From assembly GCA_041946805.1 (NCBI GenBank), contig JBHGBC010000164.1, positions 1 to 13,523 of the forward strand: a stretch of 13,523 nt of DNA. Reading direction: 5' to 3'. The stretch's first letter is position 1. Each line of letters starts with the position of its first letter. Both the position numbers and the translations under genes were made by a program. Below, in pieces: positions 1 to 7,064 of this stretch. Origin of the DNA: a bacterium (GTDB lineage: Bacteria; Hinthialibacterota; Hinthialibacteria; Hinthialibacterales; Hinthialibacteraceae). The notes under the pieces are model-generated. The model made no database searches, was not told where the DNA came from, and saw only the letters and a list, made by a program, of their open reading frames with translations.

Positions 1-493
1 AACACAGCGATTCCGGTGAGGATTTCAGCGCATCCGGATTTTTTTTCTTGTCCAGGGAAAGATTTTTGATCAACGTGAGGGAATTGCGATTCTGTTTTCG
101 TTGATAAACCATGTCATCCAATAACTCGCGCATGATGTACCGGCCCAACCCCCCGACTTGTCTTCGGCATATGTCGTTGGAAAAGTCCGGGATGGTGGGC
201 TGCGTTTGGTCGAAGGGAATCCCCGCGTCTTCGATGGTCACCAAAAACGAATCGTTCTCTTTCCGCCACCGAATCCACAATTTGCCGTCTTTTTTTCCGC
301 AATATCCGTAACACACGATGTTGGTACACGCCTCGTCGACGGAGGTCTCCAACTTCCACAGGTTGCCTTCCGACATCCCCGATGCCCGCGCCGCTTCCCG
401 GACCCGGTCGCATATCCGGGCGAGCTCATCCAAGGTTGCTGGGAATTCCGCGAAGTTGGCAGACGATTCATTCATGGATACAGGATATGTCAT
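1..493 (-). CDS. Anti-sigma factor / Ser-Thr kinase, RsbW/SpoIIAB-like (HATPase_c); 3' end runs off the window
   Basis: Manual translation from ATG 493 (alternatives 496, 475): MTYPVSMNESSANFAEFPATLDELARICDRVREAARASGMSEGNLWKLETSVDEACTNIVCYGY...FLVTIEDAGIPFD...RQVGGLGRYIMRELLDDMVYQRKQNRNSLTLIK. N-box (EACTN), G1 (DAGIPFD) and G2 (GGLG) motifs are present. There is no stop within the window, which explains its absence from the ORF track. Confidence 0.9.
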   Translation of the reverse strand, partial: MTYPVSMNESSANFAEFPATLDELARICDRVREAARASGMSEGNLWKLETSVDEACTNIVCYGYCGKKDGKLWIRWRKENDSFLVTIEDAGIPFDQTQPTIPDFSNDICRRQVGGLGRYIMRELLDDMVYQRKQNRNSLTLIKNLSLDKKKNPDALKSSPESLC

Positions 494-945
494 CATCCCA
501 GTTTATCTTTGTTTTTCCATTTCCCGCCCCAGTCTCATTCGTTCCGATTAAAGTAACACAAGAAAGCCACGTTGAAAAGCTACCATATTTAACAAGTTTA
601 GTAAACAAAAGAAGTTTCGTCCAAAAGGCCTCTTCCCTTTTTCCCCTATTTCGCGTTTGGTCCCATTATTCGCGGATTTGCTTTTCCGGTTTAAGGGATT
701 TCTTCTTTTCCATATTGTAGTTCACGATCTGCCGGTTTTACAAATTCTTTCGGTCATTTCATCCAATGGCTAGTCCGATCCACGGTATGTGACTCCTCTT
801 TTTTTCATTGCCATTCCTCCTTCCTTACCGCCACGTACCTAGGCGAACCACACATCCCTTTGGTAAACTGGCGGATTAAATGCGGAATCGAGATGAAAAA
901 TAGATCCTTCCGCATGTTTCGTTTCATCCATGAGGCAGGCTCACC

Positions 946-2310
946 ATGGCTGACCGTTTCTATCGCGCCGCACGGAACGACTATACAATTGTAGACAGCA
1001 TGAACGATTCGCTCCGCTTCACGACGCGGCGTTGCCTGACCACCTATCAGGGCAACCTGTGCGCCACATCCACGTTTTTGGATCCGGAGGGCGTTCCCGC
1101 TATATGGCACGAATTCGGCGAGCTGGAGGGTGTGGGCTGGGCCGCCAATGTAGTGGGGGGAGCGCATGAGATTCTCTGGTATACCCGCTTTTTCAACCAT
1201 CCCCGGATGCGGGCGACCGGTGTTTCCCTGCTCCACCATGCCCTCGAAGGCGGATTTTTCCACGAAGACGGCTTCGTGATTCCCTACCGGGATATTCCAT
1301 CGGACAAACGCTATCTGAACTACCTGCACAAGTCCGAGTATGATCACTGGTTCTGTCCGGGTTCCACGGCCCATATCGCGCTGCAACTACTCTGGGCAGC
1401 CGACCTCGTATCGGAACCATTAAAATCACAAATTACCGAAAAATCTTTACTTATATCGGATTGGCTATGGAACCATGTTAAGCGGCTGGAGAATGGCTGG
1501 TATCCCCGCCGTTGCCGGCCGGATGGATCTCCAATCACTTTCAACGCCATGGGGACCGTTCCGGACTCCCAGTTCGATCACAGCGGCGACGGGACTTATC
1601 TCTTGTGGCTTTGGGTGGAGCTGACCCGCCGGGGTTTCAGAAATTACCGGAAGGAAATCCGAGGCATTGCCGATGCATACCGGGACTTGGGCGGGGCGTT
1701 CGGCAGCATCAATCACGACACCTACGATGACCACGAAAACGTGGCCTACAGTGTGGGATTCCGCTGCCTGTCCCGGACGGCCAATCTGTTGCGCGACACG
1801 GCCTTGTACGATTGGGCGCTGGCGGTATGCCTGCACGGCCTGGAGAGATTCGAGCTGAAGCAAGACCGCAACGGCATGGCCACCCAAGGCTTGCTCTACA
1901 TGGAGGATTCGTGGGATACCTCGTATCTTTGGGAGAACGCGGAAGCCGCCCTGGCCTATTTCGAGGCCGCCGCCGCGACACGGATCCAGTCGTATGAGAT
2001 CAAAGGCCTGACCATTCTGCGCGCCGCCGCCTTGCATCACCACGGCGAACACGGATTCCTGACCGAAGGAGTCGATTGGAACAACCACAACGCCCAGTGG
2101 CGCATCATCAATGGCAAACAGATCCCTATCCACGTGGGGGGCGTGGTTTACGGGGACGTCAACTACACCCAGCCGTTCCTCAATAACATGCACATTACCG
2201 CCCCGACGTTATACTACCTGGAAAACCTAGCGTACCAATTTCAGGATAAGCACAACATCCATTACCTCGACTGTGAGGAAAATGGATTGACCACAGTTCC
2301 TGTGTCATGA
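946..2310 (+). CDS. Hypothetical 454-aa protein, probable six-hairpin (alpha/alpha)6 glycosidase-like fold
   Basis: Long ORF with a GAGGCAGG purine tract upstream. Repeated amphipathic helices are separated by aromatic/acidic loops (DWLWNHV..ENGWYP, DHSGDGTY, LWENAEAALA). No signal peptide. The fold call is inference. Confidence 0.55.
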   Translation: MADRFYRAARNDYTIVDSMNDSLRFTTRRCLTTYQGNLCATSTFLDPEGVPAIWHEFGELEGVGWAANVVGGAHEILWYTRFFNHPRMRATGVSLLHHALEGGFFHEDGFVIPYRDIPSDKRYLNYLHKSEYDHWFCPGSTAHIALQLLWAADLVSEPLKSQITEKSLLISDWLWNHVKRLENGWYPRRCRPDGSPITFNAMGTVPDSQFDHSGDGTYLLWLWVELTRRGFRNYRKEIRGIADAYRDLGGAFGSINHDTYDDHENVAYSVGFRCLSRTANLLRDTALYDWALAVCLHGLERFELKQDRNGMATQGLLYMEDSWDTSYLWENAEAALAYFEAAAATRIQSYEIKGLTILRAAALHHHGEHGFLTEGVDWNNHNAQWRIINGKQIPIHVGGVVYGDVNYTQPFLNNMHITAPTLYYLENLAYQFQDKHNIHYLDCEENGLTTVPVS

Positions 2311-2392
2311 TAAAGAAGGATGATCCTGGGTGCTTTCTTTCTTCTCGTTCTTCTGGAGTAAGCCAAAGCAAAAAGCACCAATGCAAGACCTT

Positions 2393-2428
2393 CCCTCATC
2401 CTGGCCCTCTACCAAAGGGAGAGGGGAT
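2393..2428 (+). repeat. BoxC-like palindrome, copy 1
   Basis: CCCTCATCCTGGCCCTCTACCAAAGGGAGAGGGGAT; six related copies in the window. Confidence 0.85.
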
Positions 2429-2533
2429 GGGAGTGGTTCTCTCAGAACGGTAAATAAAGGAAACTATTTATGGTTCATCCGACAAGTGCGTACCCGCTGG
2501 AGAAGAAGGCATTCCATCCTCTCGATAAAATTC

Positions 2534-2560
2534 GGGCGGACACCAAGGTCCGCCCCTACA
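2534..2560 (-). repeat. GTAG-type REP-like hairpin inside MITE copy 1
   Basis: Minus strand reads TGTAG-GGGCGGAC-cttggt-GTCCGCCC (perfect 8-bp stem). The same stem occurs at 3858-3879 and 5272-5293. Confidence 0.8.
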
Positions 2561-2564
2561 ATAA

Positions 2565-2602
2565 TTCCCTCACCCTGGTCCTCTCCCGGGGGGGAGGGGA
2601 TC
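2565..2602 (+). repeat. BoxC-like palindrome, copy 2 (inside MITE copy 1)
   Basis: Begins TTCCCTCACCCTGGTCCTCTCCC, followed by a G-run and AGGGGATC. Confidence 0.8.
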
Positions 2603-2715
2603 AGGGGATTGATCACCCCGGTCTGCCCGATTGAAGAGTGGCCGGACCTGCTTGAAAAAAAAGTACGCACTTATCGGATGAGCCTTATTTATCGGGATGC
2701 AGTATTGTTTTTCAA

Positions 2716-2835
2716 GCGCCAACGGCGCGGCATGAGCATAGCCCAGGGCATGAGCCCTGGGATGCTGGCCTCAAAAGAAGCTAATCCCCTCTCCCTCTGG
2801 GAGAGGGGCAGGGTGAGGGAAGCCCTGAAAGGGCG
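2716..2835. repeat. Multi-hairpin REP-like element containing a BoxC-like copy
   Basis: Hairpins GCGCC-aac-GGCGC (2716-2728), CCCAGGGC-atga-GCCCTGGG (2742-2761) and GCCCT-gaa-AGGGC (2822-2834). Confidence 0.65.
2784..2821 (-). repeat. BoxC-like palindrome, copy 3
   Basis: Reverse complement reads TTCCCTCACCCTGCCCCTCTCCCAGAGGGAGAGGGGAT. Confidence 0.85.
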
Positions 2836-2940
2836 GAATAAATAGCACGTATTTATGAGTAAATAAGTACATATTGCCTTTTACAAAAAATGGAAAAATC
2901 CAATTAAAACTATCCGATTCCAAAAGGAAAGGAATTCCAC

Positions 2941-3810
2941 ATGAAACGATTCAGGCTCGCTGTTTTGATTCTCGTTCTTCTTCCCATCACCTTTTCCTGG
3001 AGCGAGGAAGTGTATTGCCGTTACGAGGCCGCCGGAGCGGTCCATTACGGACGGGTGGAAGGGGGGGTTGTTCATCAACTCGACAAGGCGCCCTGGGAAG
3101 GCGGCCAGGCGGTTGGTCAAACGGCTTCGATGAAAGATGTCCGCTTGCTGCATCCCAGCATCCCCCAGAAAATATTCGGAATATCCGGCAGCTACAAGGA
3201 AGCCTGGGCGGGTGGGAAAAAGCCCTTCAATACCATCCGCTGGTTTTTGAAACCTCCTTCCGCCGCCGCTTCACCGGATGAAGACGTGATCCTGCCCGCC
3301 TCGCTGGATGAATTGGAGGTTGAAACCGAGCTGGTCCTTGTCATCGGCAAACGGGTTAAAGACGCCGGGCTGGAAGAAGCCAAGGAAGCGATCTTCGGCT
3401 ACACAGTGGGGAACGATATCGTCGGTTGCGTGACCTCTTACCACCAAGTCAATGGAGAACCTTTGGACCAGGCCGAGACCCTCCTGGGGCCGGGATTGAA
3501 GATCGGCGACGGATTCGCTCCCTTCGGCCCCTTCATTCACCGGGGGGTGGATTGGCGCAATCGGGAACGCACCTTGAAGGTGAGCAATCCCGCGCAAAAC
3601 AAAGAATTGACCTATCAACACAACACGTCCAACATGCTCTTCCCGCCGGAAAAGATTGTCAGCGACCTGTCGCGGGTTTGCGTGCTCGAACCGGGGGACA
3701 TCATCTTCACCGGCACCACCAAGTCCCTTCCCGCCCGCGCCGGGGATGTCATGGAAGTCTCGGTGGAAGGATTGGGGACGTTGGTAAACAAAGTGAAGGC
3801 GGCGAACTGA
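2941..3810 (+). CDS. Fumarylacetoacetate hydrolase (FAH) family protein with N-terminal signal peptide
   Basis: Motifs FLKPPSA, VETELVLVIGK, GYTVGND, KIGDGFAPFGP, LEPGDIIFTGT, VEGLGTLVN. N-terminus MKRFRLAVLILVLLPITFSWS. AAGGA RBS upstream. Confidence 0.92.
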   Translation: MKRFRLAVLILVLLPITFSWSEEVYCRYEAAGAVHYGRVEGGVVHQLDKAPWEGGQAVGQTASMKDVRLLHPSIPQKIFGISGSYKEAWAGGKKPFNTIRWFLKPPSAAASPDEDVILPASLDELEVETELVLVIGKRVKDAGLEEAKEAIFGYTVGNDIVGCVTSYHQVNGEPLDQAETLLGPGLKIGDGFAPFGPFIHRGVDWRNRERTLKVSNPAQNKELTYQHNTSNMLFPPEKIVSDLSRVCVLEPGDIIFTGTTKSLPARAGDVMEVSVEGLGTLVNKVKAAN

Positions 3811-3854
3811 ACCACGGATGGCACGGAGGGAGGCACGGATTACACGGAGAAAAG
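3808..3854 (+). repeat. CACGGA x4 non-palindromic repeat module
   Basis: TGAACCACGGATGGCACGGAGGGAGGCACGGATTACACGGAGAAAAG; 44/47 identical to 5032-5078, with a third copy at 6691-6737. Its first three bases are the FAH stop codon. Confidence 0.85.
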
Positions 3855-3857
3855 CCG

Positions 3858-3931
3858 GGGCGGACAGCCAGGTCCGCCCTTAATGGATGCAGGCAAGATG
3901 CCTGCACCACAACAAGATGCCTGCATCACAA
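3858..3931. repeat. Cluster of REP-like hairpins
   Basis: GGGCGGAC-agccag-GTCCGCCC (3858-3879); TGCAGGCA-aga-TGCCTGCA-ccacaa (3888-3912); partial tandem copy CAAGATGCCTGCATCACAA (3913-3931). Confidence 0.8.
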
Positions 3932-3976
3932 AGGACTTTCTCCACCCTTCTCTTCTCCTGAAAGGAATCATGAATC

Positions 3977-4873
3977 ATGCCCATGCTCTTACACAAGAAT
4001 CTCACCCGGCGGGGATTTCTGCGGACCACGGCGGCTTCCGTTGGGGCCATCGCGACCTTGGGTGTTCCCCGGACGTTCGGTGAATCTTCCGCTGAATCCA
4101 CCCGCTGGGCGTTCCTGTCGGACACGCATGTTCCCGAAGACATCACCAACGAGTACCGCGGCTTTTTCCCCTTTGAAAACATGAAGGCCGCCGTCAAGCA
4201 GGTGATCGACGCCAATCCCGAGGGAGCGATCATCACCGGCGACCTGGCCCGCCTCGAGGGATTCCCCGGCAATTACGCCATGCTCAAATCCCTGACCGGT
4301 CCGCTGGTGGATAAAATGCCAGTGGGCTTGGCTTTAGGCAATCATGACCACCGCGCCAATTTCCTCGACGCCTTCGCGGAGCATCCAGGAGAAAACCAGA
4401 CCATCAAGGGAAAACACGTCCTGGTCATCGAAAAACCACCGGTCCGTTTTATTCTCTTGGACTCGCTGCTATTCACCAACCAGGTTCCCGGCCTGTTGGG
4501 CAAGGCGCAGCGGGAATGGCTCTCTTCGTATCTCCGATCCGCCGATCAAACGCCCACCCTGCTCTTTTTCCATCACACGCCGGGCGATGAAGACGGCAGC
4601 CTGCTCGACACGGAACGCCTCTTCGCCACCGTGATACCGCATACCGCCGTGAAAGCCTTGGTTTTCGGCCATTCGCATGTGTATCAACATCTGGAGCATC
4701 TCGGCGTGCATTTGATCAACCTGCCCGCGGTGGGCTACAATTTCCGGGACGAAGACCCCGTGGGCTGGATCGAAGCCGAATTGACCGCCCGGGGCGGATC
4801 GTTCACCCTGCATGCCATCGGCGGCAACCGCCAGGACGACGGCAAAACCTTTTCGTTGGAATGGCGGGGGTAA
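3977..4873 (+). CDS. Tat-exported calcineurin-like metallophosphoesterase (CpdA/Icc-like)
   Basis: Tat motif TRRGFL; metal-binding motifs SDTH, TGDL, GNHD, HH, GHSH. Alternative start at 3983. Confidence 0.92.
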   Translation: MPMLLHKNLTRRGFLRTTAASVGAIATLGVPRTFGESSAESTRWAFLSDTHVPEDITNEYRGFFPFENMKAAVKQVIDANPEGAIITGDLARLEGFPGNYAMLKSLTGPLVDKMPVGLALGNHDHRANFLDAFAEHPGENQTIKGKHVLVIEKPPVRFILLDSLLFTNQVPGLLGKAQREWLSSYLRSADQTPTLLFFHHTPGDEDGSLLDTERLFATVIPHTAVKALVFGHSHVYQHLEHLGVHLINLPAVGYNFRDEDPVGWIEAELTARGGSFTLHAIGGNRQDDGKTFSLEWRG

Positions 4874-4949
4874 TTTGAGAATCGATCCTTTCCCCGCCGA
4901 GGCGCGGATGGAATAAGGGGAGGAATACGCCATCCGAAACGTGAACGCG

Positions 4950-5149
4950 TAATGATAGGTTTTTTCCCTCACCCTTTCCCTCTCCCAGAGGGAGAGGGGA
5001 TCAGAAATGTTAGGCTTTTTGATAAACGGATTGAACCACGGATGGCTCGGAGGGAGGAACGGATTACACAGAGAAAAGACATTCGGGCAGGATGGTTTGC
5101 CCAGGGTTGAAACCCTGGGCTGCTTTAAAGCCGTCCCCGAAAGGGGACT
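4950..5149 (+). repeat. Composite repeat copy A (BoxC-like + CACGGA module + CCCAGGG/CCCTGGG and GTCCCC/GGGGAC hairpins)
   Basis: 4950-5130 aligns by hand to 6611-6789 at about 152/181 columns. 5099-5149 matches the reverse complement of 12935-12985 at 45/51. Confidence 0.9.
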
Positions 5150-5223
5150 CATAACTATTTATTCGTTTATAAAACCTTCTCAGTGCATTATTCGTGGTAT
5201 GCGCATGGATGGGAACGCTAAAC

Positions 5224-5354
5224 GATTCTCTCTCCTTCTGGGAGCGGAGTAGGGTGAGGGATTTTCTGAAGGGGCGGACCTAGGTGTCCGCCCTCATCCC
5301 GGAGGGAATGAAATCGATTTTACCTCACGATGTACGCACTTCTCGGATGAACTG
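5224..5354 (-). mobile_element. MITE-like element, copy 2 (inverted; one clear TIR)
   Basis: Collinear with the reverse complement of about 2471-2602: BoxC-like 5225-5261, REP 5272-5293, TIR GTACGCACTTCTCGGATGAACTG at 5332-5354, then TAATTA. A possible very degenerate partner TIR lies near 5162-5190 after TATTTA. Confidence 0.7.
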
Positions 5355-5506
5355 TAATTATCTGAATCAGGATGGACAAGATAACCAGGAAAGCGATGGA
5401 GATACCGCCGAGACGCCGGGGAGGCGGAGAATATTATTGAATCAGCGTTCTTGGTGGATTTCGCGGCGCTCAACCCACCTTACATTCAATTCCGGAGTGA
5501 AACCTC

Positions 5507-6484
5507 ATGTCTTATCCCTTCTTACACCGCCCGCGGCGGCTGCGCATGAATCCCCGGATTCGCGATATGGTCCGCGAGAATCATGTCCGGCCCGATGACC
5601 TGGTTTACCCCATGTTCGTCACCCACCAAGCCGGCGCGCGCAAGCCGGTCGAGTCCATGCCCGGCTGCTTTCAGTTCGGCGTGGACCAGATCGCGGAGGA
5701 ATGCCGGCGCGTGCAAGACCTGGGCATCCCCGCCGTCATCCTCTTCGGGATTCCCGAGACCAAGGACGCCACCGGCGCCCAAGCCTGGCATGAACACGGC
5801 GTGATTCCCCGCGCCGTGGAAGCCATCAAGAAAGCCTGCACCAGCCTGGTGGTGATCACCGACGTCTGCCTGTGTGAATACACCAGCCATGGCCACTGCG
5901 GCCTGCTCGATGGCGAACGCATCCTCAACGACGAATCGGTGGAAGTACTGGTCAAGGAATCCCTGGCCCATGCCCGCGCGGGATGTGACATCGTCGCCCC
6001 TTCGGACATGATGGACGGCCGGGTGGCCGCCATCCGCCAGGGTCTGGACGCGGCGGGATTCCACTACACCCCCATCCTGGCTTATTCGGTCAAGTACGCG
6101 TCCGGCTACTATGGCCCGTTCCGGGACGCCGCCGAATCCACCCCCGCCTTCGGCGACCGCCGTTCGCACCAGATGGATCCCCCCAACCGCCGCGAGGCCC
6201 TGCGCCAGGCGCGGCTGGACTCGGAAGCCGGGGCGGATATTCTCATGGTGAAACCGGGATTACCCTACCTGGACATTCTCCGTGATTTGCGCGAACAGTG
6301 CGATATGCCCCTGGCCGTTTACAACGTCAGCGGTGAATACGCCATGGTCAAGGCCGCCGCCGCGCGCGGGTGGATCGATGAAAAACGCGTGGTGATGGAG
6401 AACCTGACCGCCTTCAAACGGGCCGGCGCGGACCTCATTCTCACCTACCATGCACTTGACGCCGCCCGGTGGCTTCGGGAATGA
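5507..6484 (+). CDS. hemB: Porphobilinogen synthase (delta-aminolevulinate dehydratase), Zn-type
   Basis: RPRRLR N-terminus, DVCLCEYTSHGHCG zinc site, APSDMMDGRV, YGPFRDAA, GADILMVKPG, YNVSGEYAMVKAAA, KRAGADLILTY. Confidence 0.99.
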   Translation: MSYPFLHRPRRLRMNPRIRDMVRENHVRPDDLVYPMFVTHQAGARKPVESMPGCFQFGVDQIAEECRRVQDLGIPAVILFGIPETKDATGAQAWHEHGVIPRAVEAIKKACTSLVVITDVCLCEYTSHGHCGLLDGERILNDESVEVLVKESLAHARAGCDIVAPSDMMDGRVAAIRQGLDAAGFHYTPILAYSVKYASGYYGPFRDAAESTPAFGDRRSHQMDPPNRREALRQARLDSEAGADILMVKPGLPYLDILRDLREQCDMPLAVYNVSGEYAMVKAAAARGWIDEKRVVMENLTAFKRAGADLILTYHALDAARWLRE

Positions 6485-6539
6485 TGATTCACCGCCGGTA
6501 CGCAGAGGACGCGGAGATTTGCGCCGGGATGTGTCGATA

Positions 6540-6563
6540 GTAGGGGCACGTGGCACGCGCCCC
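6540..6563 (+). repeat. GTAG-type REP-like hairpin
   Basis: GTA-GGGGCACG-tggca-CGCGCCCC (one stem mismatch). Confidence 0.65.
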
Positions 6564-6610
6564 GGCAGTCGTTGGGGAAGGATTTCTTTGTGGAATGAGT
6601 AGTTGATGCA

Positions 6611-6789
6611 TAATGATAGGTCTTCCCTCACCCTGGCCCTCTCCTAGAGGGAGAGGGGATCGGAGATGAGAGGTTTTTGGATATCCGGATTGAACCACGG
6701 ATAGCACGGAGAGAGGCACGGATTGCACGGAGAACAGAGATACGGGCAGGAAGGTTTGCCCTGGGTTGAAACCCTTGGCTCATCTAAAG
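6611..6789 (+). repeat. Composite repeat copy B (truncated after TAAAG)
   Basis: Direct repeat of 4950-5130; includes BoxC-like 6623-6661 and the CACGGA module 6691-6737. Confidence 0.9.
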
Positions 6790-6804
6790 GGGGCCGGATC
6801 TAGT

Positions 6805-6839
6805 GGGTGGGCTACGCTGCGCATTGAGCCCACCCTACA
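6805..6839 (-). repeat. GTAG-type REP-like hairpin
   Basis: Plus strand GGGTGGGCT-13 nt-AGCCCACCC-TACA (perfect 9-bp stem); minus strand starts TGTAGGGTGGGCT. Confidence 0.75.
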
Positions 6840-6849
6840 TCCGCATCCA

Positions 6850-7025
6850 ATCCTGCAGGGAATGAATGTGAATAGCCGGGGGTGAAAATCCCCGGTAGCA
6901 TTCATAATGAAAACGACCCTGAAAGGATCGAATGTTATGAGATTCAACCTCTCCGAGGTTGGCGCTTTTCTTACGTAACCGTAGGCTGTCGCCTACGGCT
7001 ATTCACATTCATCCCCTGTGGGGAT
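6850..7025. repeat. REPIN-like inverted doublet (~175 bp)
   Basis: Perfect 17-bp inverted repeat ATGAATGTGAATAGCCG (6862-6878) / CGGCTATTCACATTCAT (6996-7012), with symmetric internal hairpins in each arm. Confidence 0.85.
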
Positions 7026-7064
7026 GAGAATCATCAGGACACATTTTGCATGGGAGGCATAACC

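Larger units (their letters stand above)
2471..2685. mobile_element. MITE-like element, copy 1 (23-bp TIRs, TATTTA target-site duplication)
   Basis: 2472-2493 GGTTCATCCGACAAGTGCGTAC and 2663-2684 GTACGCACTTATCGGATGAGCC are inverted repeats (20/22). TATTTA lies directly outside at 2465-2470 and 2686-2691. No internal transposase ORF. Confidence 0.8.

Noticed and set aside
880..925. ATGCGGAA/TTCCGCAT inverted repeat upstream of the 454-aa gene as an attenuator or riboswitch
   Set aside because: 20-nt loop, interrupted U-tract and no recognisable aptamer motif.
2441..2462. 16/22 inverted similarity to 5161-5182
   Set aside because: AT-rich and short; cannot be distinguished from chance without a genome-wide search.
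2330..2845. 171-aa ORF in the first repeat-rich spacer
   Set aside because: It translates repeat DNA (PLSLWERGRVRE is the BoxC-like palindrome), crosses MITE boundaries and shows no protein motif.
3808..3931. Possible CRISPR array
   Set aside because: Units are 6-25 bp with irregular spacing, there are no unique ~30-40 bp spacers and no cas genes.
4950..6789. Composite transposon carrying hemB
   Set aside because: The flanking repeats have no transposase, TIRs or visible target-site duplication.
6882..7064. N-terminal extension of the isomerase given in the ORF track
   Set aside because: It lies in the REPIN-like element; the RBS and Tat motif point to ATG 7065.
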